A stretch of 40,321 nt of DNA, from positions 1 to 40,321 of the forward strand of contig CANKGI010000002.1 of assembly GCA_947481365.1 (NCBI GenBank), read 5' to 3'. Of this stretch, positions 8,252-18,443 are shown in pieces. The position numbers and the translations under genes were made by a program. The notes under the pieces are model-generated. The model was not told the DNA's origin, made no database searches, and saw only the letters and a program-made list of their open reading frames with translations. How positions within the stretch are numbered: the stretch's first letter is position 1; every line of letters starts with the position of its first letter. This DNA is from Bacteroidota bacterium. Its GTDB lineage: Bacteria; Bacteroidota; Bacteroidia; UKL13-3.

Positions 8252-11200
8252 ATGCTAAAAAAGTTACTAAGCCTAACACTAACATTTGTCGTACTGGGGT
8301 TATTTACCACCAATACAAATGCACAATCAACAACGGTATCAACCACTGGGGTCTTTACAAATAATAACGGTTCTGGACAAGTTACATTCAATTTCCAAAA
8401 CAACAACGGATATGCTGTTATAATTACCGGCATTGAAGGCGTTACGGGAGTTGCGGGTGCTCAAACCTGTGACCTATGGTATAAAACAACTCCTCTCAGT
8501 GGTGCTCCGGGAGTAATTAGCTCAGCTAATGGATGGAACATAGCTATGTCAGGTAGTTACACAGGTGTTGTAAATACAACTTCTACAGTTACTCAACCAT
8601 TTATTACTGGTGGAACATTCGTGGTTCCAGCAATGACAACTTATGCTTTTAGTGTTGCATCTACAAGCCAGAGATATTTTACAATGACAACGAATACTAC
8701 CGTATCTGCAGGTGGATGTAGTATAATTACCGGTACAAATATTAGTTATGGAGGAAGCATGCCTCCTACAACTCCACCCAATACTCCGCGTGGTTGGATT
8801 GGAAAAATAACTTTTGTACCATCAATCAAACCATTTAATGATGCGGGAGTTGCGTCAATTGACACTCCTGGATTATTTTGCTCACCAGGAATATATCCTG
8901 TTTATGCAACTATTAAAAATTATGGTGGCAGCCAAATTACAAGCGTAACGGCAAACTGGTCGACAAATGGAATATCAAAAACTCCATATTCATTTACAGG
9001 TTTACTTGATACTATTGGAGGAGTTAATCCTTCAACTGCACAAATTTTATTGGGTACATATAACTTTCCATCTACAACAACAGCAATAAAAGTATGGACA
9101 TCATTACCTAATTCTCTTGCTGATACAACCACTGGTAACGATACAATGTTGGTCAATAAACATCCATCCATGTCGGGTACTTATACCATTGCCCCTACTG
9201 GTGGAAATTATTCAACTTTTACTGCTGCCTGTAACGATCTCATGAGTTTTGGGGTATGCGGACCGGTAGTGTTTAATGTGGCAGCAGGAACTTATACAGA
9301 AAATGTAACACTTAATGCAGTTGCAGGTAACTCATCTGTAAATACCATAAGATTTGATGGCGGAAATGGAAATGCCGCTACACGTATAATCACAACTAGC
9401 GCTTTATCTACATCTACATTTGTTCTTAACAATACACAATACGTTACACTTCGTAATTTAACAATCAATAATACTTATGCCGGTTCATGCCAGGGTATTG
9501 CTATTACTGGAACAAATGTGGGAACAACCATTAATAATTGTTCGGTAAATCTTCCTAACTCAGGAACATCAACTGCTTATGGAATTGCTACTGGTGGTGC
9601 GTATGGAGGATCTTCAAGTATGGCAGATTCGCTTACTATCGATAGCAATACTGTTACAGGTGGTTATTATGGCATTTATCTTTACGGTGGCAGTACAACA
9701 GCTGGTAGTGGATGGGGATATAACCGTAACTTTAAAGTTAGATATAACACTTTATCGGGTGTTTATTACTATAATTTGTATGTTTATTATATTCAAAACG
9801 GTATAGATATTATTGGAAATACTATAACAAATATGGGTGCTGGATATTATGGTTTATACATGTATTATAACTATAATCACAATGCTACAAATGCTCCTAC
9901 ACGAATAATTGGAAATAAGTTTAGCACGATGGCATACAATTATGTATACTATGCTACTTCAACGCCAAGTAACATTACACAAATCATTAATAATATTGTA
10001 TTCAATACTAAAGTTTATAGTACCAATTACGGATTCTATATTAGCAATCCCTCAACTTACAATGGAGATTATTTGATTCTCAACAACACCATTAATCTTT
10101 CGAGTGGAACCACAACTGCATATGGGGTGTATTACAGCAATACTACTGGTGGTGCCAATACCATTATTAAAAACAATATCTTCAGTAATGCTGCAGGAGT
10201 AGTAACTACAGGGTATCCGTTGTATGCTGCAACAAATCCAACAGGTAATGTTATTAATTACAACTACTATAATAATGTTTCAGGAACTAATTTGTTATTC
10301 AGAGGAAGTGCATATACAACTGCAACATTTAAAACTGCACTTGCAGGAGGTGATTCTTCTTTTATTGGACCACTTCCTTTAACAAGTTCAACCGATATGC
10401 ATTTAACAAATGGTTGTACACGCGGTGTAAATATGTCACCATTGGTAACTACCGATATTGATGGAACCTCAAGAAGTTTGTCACCATCTGTTGGTGCTTA
10501 TGAGTACGTATCATATGCAAATGATATGGCAACTGATATACTTTACACACCTGTAATGCCATTAACAGCGGGTTTGCAAAATTTAGTAGTACGTGTAAAA
10601 AACACTGGTTCTACATCCATTACGAGCTTTAATATTAACTACACATTAAATGGTGGTTCAGTTGTTACAATCCCATGGTCAGGATTTTTAAACACATGTG
10701 ATACAGCATTAATTACATTTTCGGCAGGCAACCAAATAAATATAGTTACTGGTGTAAATGCTATTAAAGTCTATACATCATCTCCAAACTTAACAACAGA
10801 TGGCAACAGGTTAAATGATACAATAAGCGTATTATATTATTATTCGGCTGTTTTAAGTGGTAATTATTCAATTGGTGGTACAGGAGCTAATTTCCCTGAT
10901 ATTGCTACAGCTGCAACTGCCATTTCTAATTATGGTATAAATGGTCCAGTATACTTTACTATCAATCCTGGAACATATACAGGTCAGGTAGTTGTAAGTT
11001 CTGTTCCTGGAGCATCATCTGTAAACACAATTACGTTTGATGGAGTAAATGCGTCTTCACGTATTTTATCTGCAAATCTTAGCAGCTCTGCCTTCTTAAT
11101 TAATCAAACAAGTTATGTAACGATTAAGAATCTTACAGTTACAAATAGCTATGCAGGAGCCTGTACAGGTATTGCCGATGTTGGTAATGCTACCAATACT

Positions 11201-14176
11201 GCAGGTAGTGGATTTAATGTAAAGAGATGTATTGTTAATTTGCCAAATGTTGGTGCAAATACATCTTATGGTATTATTGTTACAGGTTCTGTAGGTGGTA
11301 TGGCTGATGGTAACCAGTGGACAGACTCGGTAACAATAGATAGTAATACAATTAATGGCGGTTATTATGGCATTCAGATTTCTACAAGTGCAAGTGGTAA
11401 CGCCACTTATAATATTGGTCATAAAATACGCTGGAACACAGTTAACGCATATTACTATGGTATTCGTGTTTACTACATTTATAACGCAGTAGAAATATTA
11501 TACAATACCGTAAATATGAATCCTATAAATATTTCTAACTATGGTATTTATTTTTACTATTGCCAAAACACTACCGTTGGAACTAACCATAAAATAATTG
11601 GCAACAATGTTTATGCAGGTTATGCTGCATTATATTTCTATTACTTTGCTAGTCCTCTTGGAAACAGAATTCCTATTTATAATAACATGTTCAATACATT
11701 TAGCCCAACAGGTTATGTTGCGGCATATGTATATACAGGTGTAGCAGCAGGTGACGAAGTAGATTTTTATCACAATACAGTTGCCAGTCAAGGTGCTACT
11801 GCCACTTATGGATTATATTTTTATAATACAGGTACCGGAACATCTTATTTAAGAAACAATATTTTTTATGCAGTTGGATCGGCTACATACCCAGCTTATT
11901 TCAGTACTAATCCTGCAGGAAATGTTATTAATTTTAATAACTATTACAATGCTGCAGGAGGAAATTTAGGTTACAGAGGAGCTGCATTTAATTCATCAAA
12001 TTATCTAAGTACTACAACAGGAGGGGATACTTCATACAATGTATTACCTGTATTTGTTTCGTCAACCGACCTTCATTTAACCAATGCCTGTTTAAAAGGG
12101 GCAGATCTAACAGCTTATGTACCAACAGATATTTTCGGAAATGTTCGTTCAGTTCCTCCGGTTGTTGGTGCACACGAAGCTTCAGGGTCGCTTAATGATG
12201 TTGCTTTGGTTCGTGTTGATTATACAACACCAATTGTTGCAGGATTACAAAACCTCACCGTGAAAATTAAAAATAACAACACTGCTAATATTACTTCACT
12301 TAATGTTTCTTATAAATTGAATGGTGGTACAGCAGTTACTGTTCCTTGGTCAGGTACTATGCTTGGTTGCGACACATTGCTTGTTACTTTTACTGGTCCA
12401 AAGCAATTGAATATTCTACCTGGTTCAAACACATTAACAGTTTACACTTCGCAACCAAATGGTATTGCTGATGTGAATACTTCAAACGATACTTCATATC
12501 TGGCTCTTTCAACCATTACTAAAATTGCTGGTAACGCATTTTCGGGAAATGGTACAGGAGGCAATGTAATCAGTTATGCTCATGTTAACGGACAAAACCC
12601 AAGTACAGCTGTTACTGTTGAAGCTTGGGTTAAGCTAAGTTCTATTGCTGTTGATCAAAAGTTTGTTTGTAAATCTTCTGTTCAAAATGGTTACTGTTTA
12701 GGATTCTTGACAGCAGGTGCAAAATTAGACCCTGAGTTCTGGACTGTTGCAAATGGTACAGGTTCACTCAGAATGACTAGTGTTGGAACTTCAATGGCAA
12801 ACAACACGATTCCTGCAAATACATGGACACATGTAGCTGCAACATGGCAATCAGGTGTAGGTGTAAAAGCCTATATTAATGGTAGCTTAGTTGGATACTA
12901 CAACTCGGCAACAGTTTCAACAATTACACCATCTACGTATCCATTGGTGGTTGGTGCCGATTCATGGGATTTAGGATATGCAACTAATGGAAATTTAGAT
13001 GAAGTAAGAATTTGGAATGTAGCACTTGATTCTATTTCACTTCGCAAAAACATGCACCGAACTTTAACAGGAACAGAAACTGGTTTAATATCATACATGC
13101 AAATAAATGAACCCGTAAGTAGCACGTTATTATCCGACCCTATTTGTGGTTCTGTTGGAACTAAAAAAGCTGCAGCAGCTATAGTTGCATCTACATTACC
13201 TGCTGGTGGCGATAGTACTTACATTATTCCTTATATCACATCAGGGCTTTTCCAAAATGCTAATCTTACAGTTAATATCACTGATCCGTTTGATAACTAT
13301 TGCGATTTAACCATTACTGAAGTTCCTTTCGGTCCCAATTTTTTACCTTCTGTAAGTCATACCTTAAACAATAAGTATTGGATAGTTCAACCTTTCGGTA
13401 ATCCAGGATTATTTGCTGCCGATTTTACCTTTAACTTCCCTACAGGTTACTTAAACCTTACCGACCCAAGTTTAGGTTTGTACAGACGTTCGTTTTATGG
13501 CGATCAGGCTAACTGGCAATATGCTAAAGCTGGTGTAGTTACTAGCCCGAACACCTTAATGTGTTTTAATGTTGACACATTGGGTCAATTCACTATTGCA
13601 TCAAACGGAACTTCATTGCTACCTGTTACATTAATGTCGTTTGGTGGCAAAAAAATAAATAATGCTGTTAACCTTTTATGGCAAACTGCTAACGAAATCA
13701 ACTCTAAAGGTTTCGATATAGAAAGGTCTTACAATAACCTCGATTATTTTGAGAAGATTGCTTTTGTTGATGCCAAAGGTGCTAACAAGGCTTCTGCTAA
13801 TGCTTACAATTACATTGACACTAAAGCTGATTTGTCTAATGTTATCTATTATCGTTTAAAACAATTAGACAATGATGGCAAGTATAAATACTCACCTATT
13901 GTTGAAATTGATGCCGATAATTCAGCAACTGTTGTTTCGGCTTATCCTAATCCGTTACTTAATTCAACTAAAATTGATTTAAGAGTAGCTCAAAATGTTT
14001 CAGCTGTTATTTCTGTTTATGATATTAAAGGAGAAGAAATAATGCGCTTTAATCAAAATCTTACAAAAGGAGCAAACCAAATCAATATCGATTTGTCGAA
14101 ACTTAATAGTGGTATCTATATTTCTAAAATACAAATTGGTGATGAGTTAAAAACCATCAAACTCATCAAAGAATAA
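8252..14176 (+). CDS. 1974-aa modular T9SS cargo / cell-surface protein (CARDB-like and Tyr-rich beta-helix modules, LamG-like domain, type-A CTD)
   Basis: Signal peptide MLKKLLSLTLTFVVLGLFTTNTNAQ. Repeated NDxA...KN.G...I CARDB-like units. YYG(I/L)Y coil repeats. LDEVRIWNVALD (LamG_3 hallmark). C-terminal YPNPLLNSTKIDL...GIYISKIQIGDELKTIKLIKE sorting domain. Confidence 0.9.
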   Translation: MLKKLLSLTLTFVVLGLFTTNTNAQSTTVSTTGVFTNNNGSGQVTFNFQNNNGYAVIITGIEGVTGVAGAQTCDLWYKTTPLSGAPGVISSANGWNIAMSGSYTGVVNTTSTVTQPFITGGTFVVPAMTTYAFSVASTSQRYFTMTTNTTVSAGGCSIITGTNISYGGSMPPTTPPNTPRGWIGKITFVPSIKPFNDAGVASIDTPGLFCSPGIYPVYATIKNYGGSQITSVTANWSTNGISKTPYSFTGLLDTIGGVNPSTAQILLGTYNFPSTTTAIKVWTSLPNSLADTTTGNDTMLVNKHPSMSGTYTIAPTGGNYSTFTAACNDLMSFGVCGPVVFNVAAGTYTENVTLNAVAGNSSVNTIRFDGGNGNAATRIITTSALSTSTFVLNNTQYVTLRNLTINNTYAGSCQGIAITGTNVGTTINNCSVNLPNSGTSTAYGIATGGAYGGSSSMADSLTIDSNTVTGGYYGIYLYGGSTTAGSGWGYNRNFKVRYNTLSGVYYYNLYVYYIQNGIDIIGNTITNMGAGYYGLYMYYNYNHNATNAPTRIIGNKFSTMAYNYVYYATSTPSNITQIINNIVFNTKVYSTNYGFYISNPSTYNGDYLILNNTINLSSGTTTAYGVYYSNTTGGANTIIKNNIFSNAAGVVTTGYPLYAATNPTGNVINYNYYNNVSGTNLLFRGSAYTTATFKTALAGGDSSFIGPLPLTSSTDMHLTNGCTRGVNMSPLVTTDIDGTSRSLSPSVGAYEYVSYANDMATDILYTPVMPLTAGLQNLVVRVKNTGSTSITSFNINYTLNGGSVVTIPWSGFLNTCDTALITFSAGNQINIVTGVNAIKVYTSSPNLTTDGNRLNDTISVLYYYSAVLSGNYSIGGTGANFPDIATAATAISNYGINGPVYFTINPGTYTGQVVVSSVPGASSVNTITFDGVNASSRILSANLSSSAFLINQTSYVTIKNLTVTNSYAGACTGIADVGNATNTAGSGFNVKRCIVNLPNVGANTSYGIIVTGSVGGMADGNQWTDSVTIDSNTINGGYYGIQISTSASGNATYNIGHKIRWNTVNAYYYGIRVYYIYNAVEILYNTVNMNPINISNYGIYFYYCQNTTVGTNHKIIGNNVYAGYAALYFYYFASPLGNRIPIYNNMFNTFSPTGYVAAYVYTGVAAGDEVDFYHNTVASQGATATYGLYFYNTGTGTSYLRNNIFYAVGSATYPAYFSTNPAGNVINFNNYYNAAGGNLGYRGAAFNSSNYLSTTTGGDTSYNVLPVFVSSTDLHLTNACLKGADLTAYVPTDIFGNVRSVPPVVGAHEASGSLNDVALVRVDYTTPIVAGLQNLTVKIKNNNTANITSLNVSYKLNGGTAVTVPWSGTMLGCDTLLVTFTGPKQLNILPGSNTLTVYTSQPNGIADVNTSNDTSYLALSTITKIAGNAFSGNGTGGNVISYAHVNGQNPSTAVTVEAWVKLSSIAVDQKFVCKSSVQNGYCLGFLTAGAKLDPEFWTVANGTGSLRMTSVGTSMANNTIPANTWTHVAATWQSGVGVKAYINGSLVGYYNSATVSTITPSTYPLVVGADSWDLGYATNGNLDEVRIWNVALDSISLRKNMHRTLTGTETGLISYMQINEPVSSTLLSDPICGSVGTKKAAAAIVASTLPAGGDSTYIIPYITSGLFQNANLTVNITDPFDNYCDLTITEVPFGPNFLPSVSHTLNNKYWIVQPFGNPGLFAADFTFNFPTGYLNLTDPSLGLYRRSFYGDQANWQYAKAGVVTSPNTLMCFNVDTLGQFTIASNGTSLLPVTLMSFGGKKINNAVNLLWQTANEINSKGFDIERSYNNLDYFEKIAFVDAKGANKASANAYNYIDTKADLSNVIYYRLKQLDNDGKYKYSPIVEIDADNSATVVSAYPNPLLNSTKIDLRVAQNVSAVISVYDIKGEEIMRFNQNLTKGANQINIDLSKLNSGIYISKIQIGDELKTIKLIKE
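8837..10519 (+). repeat. internal protein module A (CARDB-like plus beta-helix), aa 196-756
   Basis: Anchors NDAG (aa 196) and SGTYTI (aa 308) each recur exactly 561 aa later, as NDMA (aa 757) and SGNYSI (aa 869). Confidence 0.8.
10520..12193 (+). repeat. internal protein module B (CARDB-like plus beta-helix), aa 757-1314
   Basis: Collinear with module A by eye, moderately diverged. It ends with the same STD(M/L)HLTN.C...D(I/F).G..RS..P.VGA(Y/H)E block. Confidence 0.8.
12194..12529 (+). repeat. third CARDB-like unit only (aa 1315 to about 1426)
   Basis: NDVALVRVDYTTPIVAGLQNLTVKIKNNNTANITSLNVSYKLNGG... closely parallels the start of module B. Confidence 0.7.
12530..13111 (+). other. LamG / concanavalin-A-like lectin domain coding segment
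   Basis: ...VTVEAWVKLSS...WTHVAATWQSG...AYINGSLV...GNLDEVRIWNVALD, the typical LamG_3 pattern. Confidence 0.6.
13613..13927 (+). other. pre-CTD module of about 100 aa (SLLPVTLMSF...WQT...FDIERS...YYRLKQLDNDGKYKYSPIVEI)
   Basis: This motif pattern recurs, from memory, at the C-termini of many Cytophagia/Sphingobacteriia surface proteins. I cannot name the family. Confidence 0.45.
13928..14173 (+). other. T9SS type-A C-terminal sorting domain
   Basis: AYPNP...(I/V)xxYD..G..., then GIYISKIQIGDELKTIKLIKE at the extreme C-terminus. Confidence 0.8.
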
Positions 14177-14201
14177 TTTATTTTCTTACATCTAAACACA
14201 G

Positions 14202-14228
14202 AGCCCGCAACATGTTGCGGGCTTTTTT
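14202..14228 (+). terminator. rho-independent terminator
   Basis: Perfect palindrome agcccgcaaca/tgttgcgggct followed by T6. Confidence 0.85.
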
Positions 14229-14280
14229 ATGAAAAAATATTTACATATTTGTTTTCTATTGCATAATAAATAATCTCCCT

Positions 14281-14294
14281 TATATTTGCAGCCC
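14281..14294 (+). promoter_or_regulatory. promoter-like module 1: TATATTTG-CAGCCC
   Basis: Exact TAnnTTTG box with the GC(A/T)GCCC extension seen at three other sites in this window. ATTG lies 19 nt upstream. Confidence 0.4.
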
Positions 14295-14420
14295 ATTTAT
14301 TGGTACCGGTCTTTTTAAATACGGTGAAGACTGATGGTTAATTAAGCTTAGATTAACCCGCTCAGCAGTTAAATAATTTATTTATTTTTCTCTGCGCTTG
14401 CTAAGCTAAATTATTCCCTC

Positions 14421-14434
14421 TACATTTGCTGCCC
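14421..14434 (+). promoter_or_regulatory. rpsL (str operon) promoter: TACATTTG-CTGCCC
   Basis: Exact TAnnTTTG. CTTG lies 20 nt upstream. The box ends about 42 nt before the rpsL ATG. Confidence 0.55.
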
Positions 14435-14476
14435 TTAAAAAATACCCATGTATCATTGGGAAATTAAAGTTATAAT

Positions 14477-14890
14477 ATGCCAACTATACAACAATTAGTT
14501 AGAAAAGGACGCACGATTAACAAAACCAAGAGCAAGTCTCCTGCGCTCGATTCGTGCCCTCAACGTAGAGGTGTTTGTACACGTGTTTACACAACTACAC
14601 CTAAAAAACCTAACTCAGCTATGCGAAAAGTAGCTCGTGTGCGATTGACAAACGGAAACGAGGTAAATGCATACATTCCAGGAGAAGGACATAACTTACA
14701 AGAACACTCTATCGTATTAATACGTGGAGGTAGGGTTAAAGATTTACCTGGAGTTCGTTATCACATTGTCAGAGGTGCATTAGATACTTCTGGTGTTGAA
14801 GGACGTAACCAACGTAGATCAAAATATGGTACCAAAAAACCTAAAGCAGGTGCAGTAGCAGCAGCAGGAGCAAAAGGTAAAAAGAAATAA
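14477..14890 (+). CDS. rpsL: 30S ribosomal protein S12
   Basis: [12 protein letters not shown]...PKKPNSA(M)RK...[17 protein letters not shown]-rich tail of about 13 aa extends past the usual C-terminus. Confidence 0.98.
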   Translation: MPTIQQLVRKGRTINKTKSKSPALDSCPQRRGVCTRVYTTTPKKPNSAMRKVARVRLTNGNEVNAYIPGEGHNLQEHSIVLIRGGRVKDLPGVRYHIVRGALDTSGVEGRNQRRSKYGTKKPKAGAVAAAGAKGKKK

Positions 14891-14900
14891 TTATTGAGCA

Positions 14901-15371
14901 ATGAGAAAGTCCAAACCAAAAAAAAGAATTTTAGTTCCAGATCCGAAGTTTAATGACACTTTGGTAACAAGGTTCGTAAACAACATGATGTGGAGTGGTA
15001 AAAAAAGTGTGGCATATGGAATTTTTTATGACGCATTAGATAAAGTTGAAGCTAAAGCACAAGAGCGTGGAATTGATGTTTGGAAAAAAGCATTAAACAA
15101 CATTATGCCTTCTGTTGAAGTAAAAGCAAGACGTGTTGGAGGTGCTACTTTTCAAATTCCTATTGAAGTTCCTGCCGACAGAAAAGTTGCAGTTGGAATG
15201 AAATGGATGATTGATTATTCGAGAAAAAGAACAGAAAAAACAATGGCTGATAAACTTGCCGGAGAAATTCTTTCTGCTTCTAAGAATGAAGGTGCTGCGG
15301 TAAAAAAACGTGAAGACACTCACAAGATGGCAGAAGCTAATAAAGCATTCTCTCATTTCAAATTAAGCTAA
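14901..15371 (+). CDS. rpsG: 30S ribosomal protein S7
   Basis: Position after rpsL, plus ...VEVKARRVGGATFQIPIEV... and KKREDTHKMAEANKAF. Confidence 0.97.
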   Translation: MRKSKPKKRILVPDPKFNDTLVTRFVNNMMWSGKKSVAYGIFYDALDKVEAKAQERGIDVWKKALNNIMPSVEVKARRVGGATFQIPIEVPADRKVAVGMKWMIDYSRKRTEKTMADKLAGEILSASKNEGAAVKKREDTHKMAEANKAFSHFKLS

Positions 15372-15396
15372 TATAAAAAGAGGAACGAAATAATAA

Positions 15397-17502
15397 ATGT
15401 CACGCGACTTAAAATATACAAGAAATATAGGAATTGCAGCTCACATTGATGCGGGTAAAACCACTACAACTGAGCGAATATTATATTATTCTGGAGTTAA
15501 CCATAAAATTGGTGAAGTACATGATGGTGCTGCAACAATGGATTGGATGGTTCAAGAACAAGAAAGAGGTATCACAATTACATCTGCTGCTACTACAGTT
15601 TTCTGGAATTACAGAGGAGATAAATACCATATAAATATTATCGATACTCCCGGACACGTTGACTTTACAGTTGAAGTTAATCGTTCACTTCGCGTATTGG
15701 ACGGATTGGTATTTTTATTCAGTGCTGTTGATGGTGTTGAGCCTCAATCAGAAACCAACTGGCGTCTTGCAAATAATTATAATGTAGCCCGCATAGGTTT
15801 TGTAAACAAGATGGATCGTTCAGGTGCCGACTTCCTTATGGTAGTTAAACAGGTTCGTGATATGTTGGGTAGCAATGCTATTCCATTACAATTACCAATA
15901 GGTGCTGAGGAAAAATTCACTGGTGTGGTTGATTTAATCAACTTCCGTGGAATGGTGTGGAATGAAGACGACAAAGGAATGACTTATAAAGAAATTCCTA
16001 TCCCTGATGATATGCATGCTGAAGCACTTGAATGGAGAGAAAAACTTCTTGAAGCTGTTTCTGAATATGATGATAAGTTGATGGAGAAATTCTTTGAAGA
16101 TCCAACATCAATATCTGAACGAGAAATATTAGATGCATTACGTAAAGCAACAATCGACATGAAGATTGTACCTATGCTTTGTGGTTCATCATTTAAAAAC
16201 AAAGGCGTTCAAACAATGCTTGATTTGGTAATGGAAATTTTACCAAGTCCACTTGATAAAAAACACATTACAGGTATTAACCCTGATACAGAAGAAGAAG
16301 TTACACGTAAACCTGATTACAAAGAACCATTTGCAGCATTGGCATTTAAGATTGCTACCGATCCATTTGTTGGTCGTTTAGCATTTATGCGTGCTTACTC
16401 GGGTAAACTTGATGCCGGTTCATATGTATTAAATACACGCAGTGGAAATAAAGAACGTATCTCTCGTATCTTCCAAATGCATGCAAACAAACAAAACCCA
16501 ATTGATAGTTTAGGAGCAGGTGATATTGGTGCAGCAGTTGGATTTAAAGATATTAAAACAGGCGATACACTTTGTGACGAGAAACATCCAATTGTATTAG
16601 AAGCAATGGATTTCCCTGAACCTGTTATCGGTTTAGCTGTTGAGCCTAAAACTCAAGCCGACTCTGATAAATTAGGAATGTCGTTAGCAAAATTAGCTGA
16701 AGAAGATCCAACATTCAGAGTTAAAACTGATGAAGAAACAGGTCAAACTGTAATTTCAGGAATGGGTGAACTTCACTTAGAAATTATTATCGACAGATTA
16801 AAACGTGAGTTTAAAGTTGAGTGTAATCAAGGAGCTCCTCAGGTAGCATATAAAGAAACAATTAAAGCTTCAGTTAATCACAGAGAACTTTATAAAAAGC
16901 AATCTGGTGGTAGAGGTAAGTTTGCCGATATGACAATTGAGCTTAGCCCGGTTGACGAAGGAAAAGAAGGATTGCAATTTATTAACGAGATTGTTGGAGG
17001 TTCAATTCCTAGAGAATTTATTCCTTCTATTGAAAAAGGTTTCAAACAAGCAATGTCGAATGGTGTTCTTGCAGGTTACCCGGTAGATAGTTTAAAAGTA
17101 AGATTATACGATGGTTCTTATCACGCAGTGGATTCAGACGCAATGTCTTTTGAAATTGCAGCTAAAGTGGCTTTCAGAGAAGCTTGTCGCAAGGCAAGTC
17201 CTGTATTGCTCGAACCTATCATGAAAATTGAAATCTTAACTCCTGAAGAATACATGGGAGATGTGATTGGAGACTTAAACAAGCGCAGAGGTCATCTTGA
17301 AGGAATGGATAGTCGTGCAGGAGCTCAAGTAATTAAAGCAAAAGTTCCACTTTCAGAAATGTTTGGATACGTAACACAATTACGAACACTTTCTTCTGGT
17401 CGTGCAACAAGTACAATGGAATTTGATCACTATGCTGAAGCTCCACGAAATGTGTCAGAGGAAGTATTAGCAAAAGTAAACGGTAAAGCAGTAAAAGCTT
17501 AA
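15397..17502 (+). CDS. fusA: elongation factor G (canonical)
   Basis: 701 aa. Intact G motifs [22 protein letters not shown] (His87 at 15655-15657) and NKMD. Sits in the str operon. Confidence 0.98.
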   Translation: MSRDLKYTRNIGIAAHIDAGKTTTTERILYYSGVNHKIGEVHDGAATMDWMVQEQERGITITSAATTVFWNYRGDKYHINIIDTPGHVDFTVEVNRSLRVLDGLVFLFSAVDGVEPQSETNWRLANNYNVARIGFVNKMDRSGADFLMVVKQVRDMLGSNAIPLQLPIGAEEKFTGVVDLINFRGMVWNEDDKGMTYKEIPIPDDMHAEALEWREKLLEAVSEYDDKLMEKFFEDPTSISEREILDALRKATIDMKIVPMLCGSSFKNKGVQTMLDLVMEILPSPLDKKHITGINPDTEEEVTRKPDYKEPFAALAFKIATDPFVGRLAFMRAYSGKLDAGSYVLNTRSGNKERISRIFQMHANKQNPIDSLGAGDIGAAVGFKDIKTGDTLCDEKHPIVLEAMDFPEPVIGLAVEPKTQADSDKLGMSLAKLAEEDPTFRVKTDEETGQTVISGMGELHLEIIIDRLKREFKVECNQGAPQVAYKETIKASVNHRELYKKQSGGRGKFADMTIELSPVDEGKEGLQFINEIVGGSIPREFIPSIEKGFKQAMSNGVLAGYPVDSLKVRLYDGSYHAVDSDAMSFEIAAKVAFREACRKASPVLLEPIMKIEILTPEEYMGDVIGDLNKRRGHLEGMDSRAGAQVIKAKVPLSEMFGYVTQLRTLSSGRATSTMEFDHYAEAPRNVSEEVLAKVNGKAVKA

Positions 17503-17506
17503 TAAA

Positions 17507-17815
17507 ATGGTTAATCAAAAAATCAGAATTAAATTAAAATCGTTCGATTACAATCTGGTTGATAAATCAGCTGAGAAGATTGTTAGAACAGTTAAATCAA
17601 CTGGTGCTGTTGTTAGTGGACCTATTCCACTTCCTACACACAAGCGTATTTACACAGTTTTACGCTCACCGCACGTAAACAAAAAAGCGAGAGAGCAATT
17701 CCAATTATGTTCGTATAAAAGGATTCTCGATATCTACAGTTCAACCGCTAAAACTGTTGATGCGCTAATGAAGTTAGAATTGCCAAGCGGAGTTGATGTT
17801 GAAATTAAAGTTTGA
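17507..17815 (+). CDS. rpsJ: 30S ribosomal protein S10
   Basis: [10 protein letters not shown]...[14 protein letters not shown]. Confidence 0.97.
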   Translation: MVNQKIRIKLKSFDYNLVDKSAEKIVRTVKSTGAVVSGPIPLPTHKRIYTVLRSPHVNKKAREQFQLCSYKRILDIYSSTAKTVDALMKLELPSGVDVEIKV

Positions 17816-17824
17816 TAAAGTATT

Positions 17825-18442
17825 ATGTCAGGACTGATAGGTAAAAAAATTGGAATGACCAGCATCTTTGGTAAAGACGGCAAGCAACTAGCTTGTACGG
17901 TTATCGAAGCAGGACCGTGTTTCGTTACACAGGTTAAAACCACTGAGAAAGATGGTTACACAGCTGTTCAAATTGCATATGGCGACAGAAAAGAGAAAAA
18001 CTCTCCTGCCCCATTAAACGGTATTTATAAAAAAGCCGGCACTACACCCAAATCCAGAATGGTTGAGTTCAAAGGTTTTGAACAAGAACTTTCTGTTGGA
18101 CAATCATTAACTGTTGACCTTTTCTCTGAAGGAGAATTTGTTGATGTTGTTGGAACATCCAAAGGAAAAGGATTTCAAGGAGTAGTTAAACGCCATGGCT
18201 TTAGCGGTGTGGGAATGCAAACACACGGACAACACAACCGATTGAGAGCTCCTGGTTCTCTAGGTGCTTCTTCTGACCCTTCACGCGTAATGAAAGGTAT
18301 GCGTATGGCAGGAAGAATGGGTGGTGTTCGCGTTAAGAAAACCAACCTCGAAATTTTAAAAGTAATGAAAGATCAGAATTTGCTGGTAGTTAAAGGCAGC
18401 GTTCCTGGTCACAAAGGATCATTCGTTTATATTGAGAAATAA
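17825..18442 (+). CDS. rplC: 50S ribosomal protein L3
   Basis: [15 protein letters not shown]...[13 protein letters not shown]. Confidence 0.97.
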   Translation: MSGLIGKKIGMTSIFGKDGKQLACTVIEAGPCFVTQVKTTEKDGYTAVQIAYGDRKEKNSPAPLNGIYKKAGTTPKSRMVEFKGFEQELSVGQSLTVDLFSEGEFVDVVGTSKGKGFQGVVKRHGFSGVGMQTHGQHNRLRAPGSLGASSDPSRVMKGMRMAGRMGGVRVKKTNLEILKVMKDQNLLVVKGSVPGHKGSFVYIEK

Positions 18443-18443
18443 C

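Noticed and set aside
8230-13125. Alternate-frame and antisense ORFs inside the giant gene (8230-8433, 8920-9171, 9579-9806, 11096-11422, 12898-13125)
   Set aside because: They are by-products of the biased, repetitive T/N/G/Y-rich coding sequence and have no independent support.
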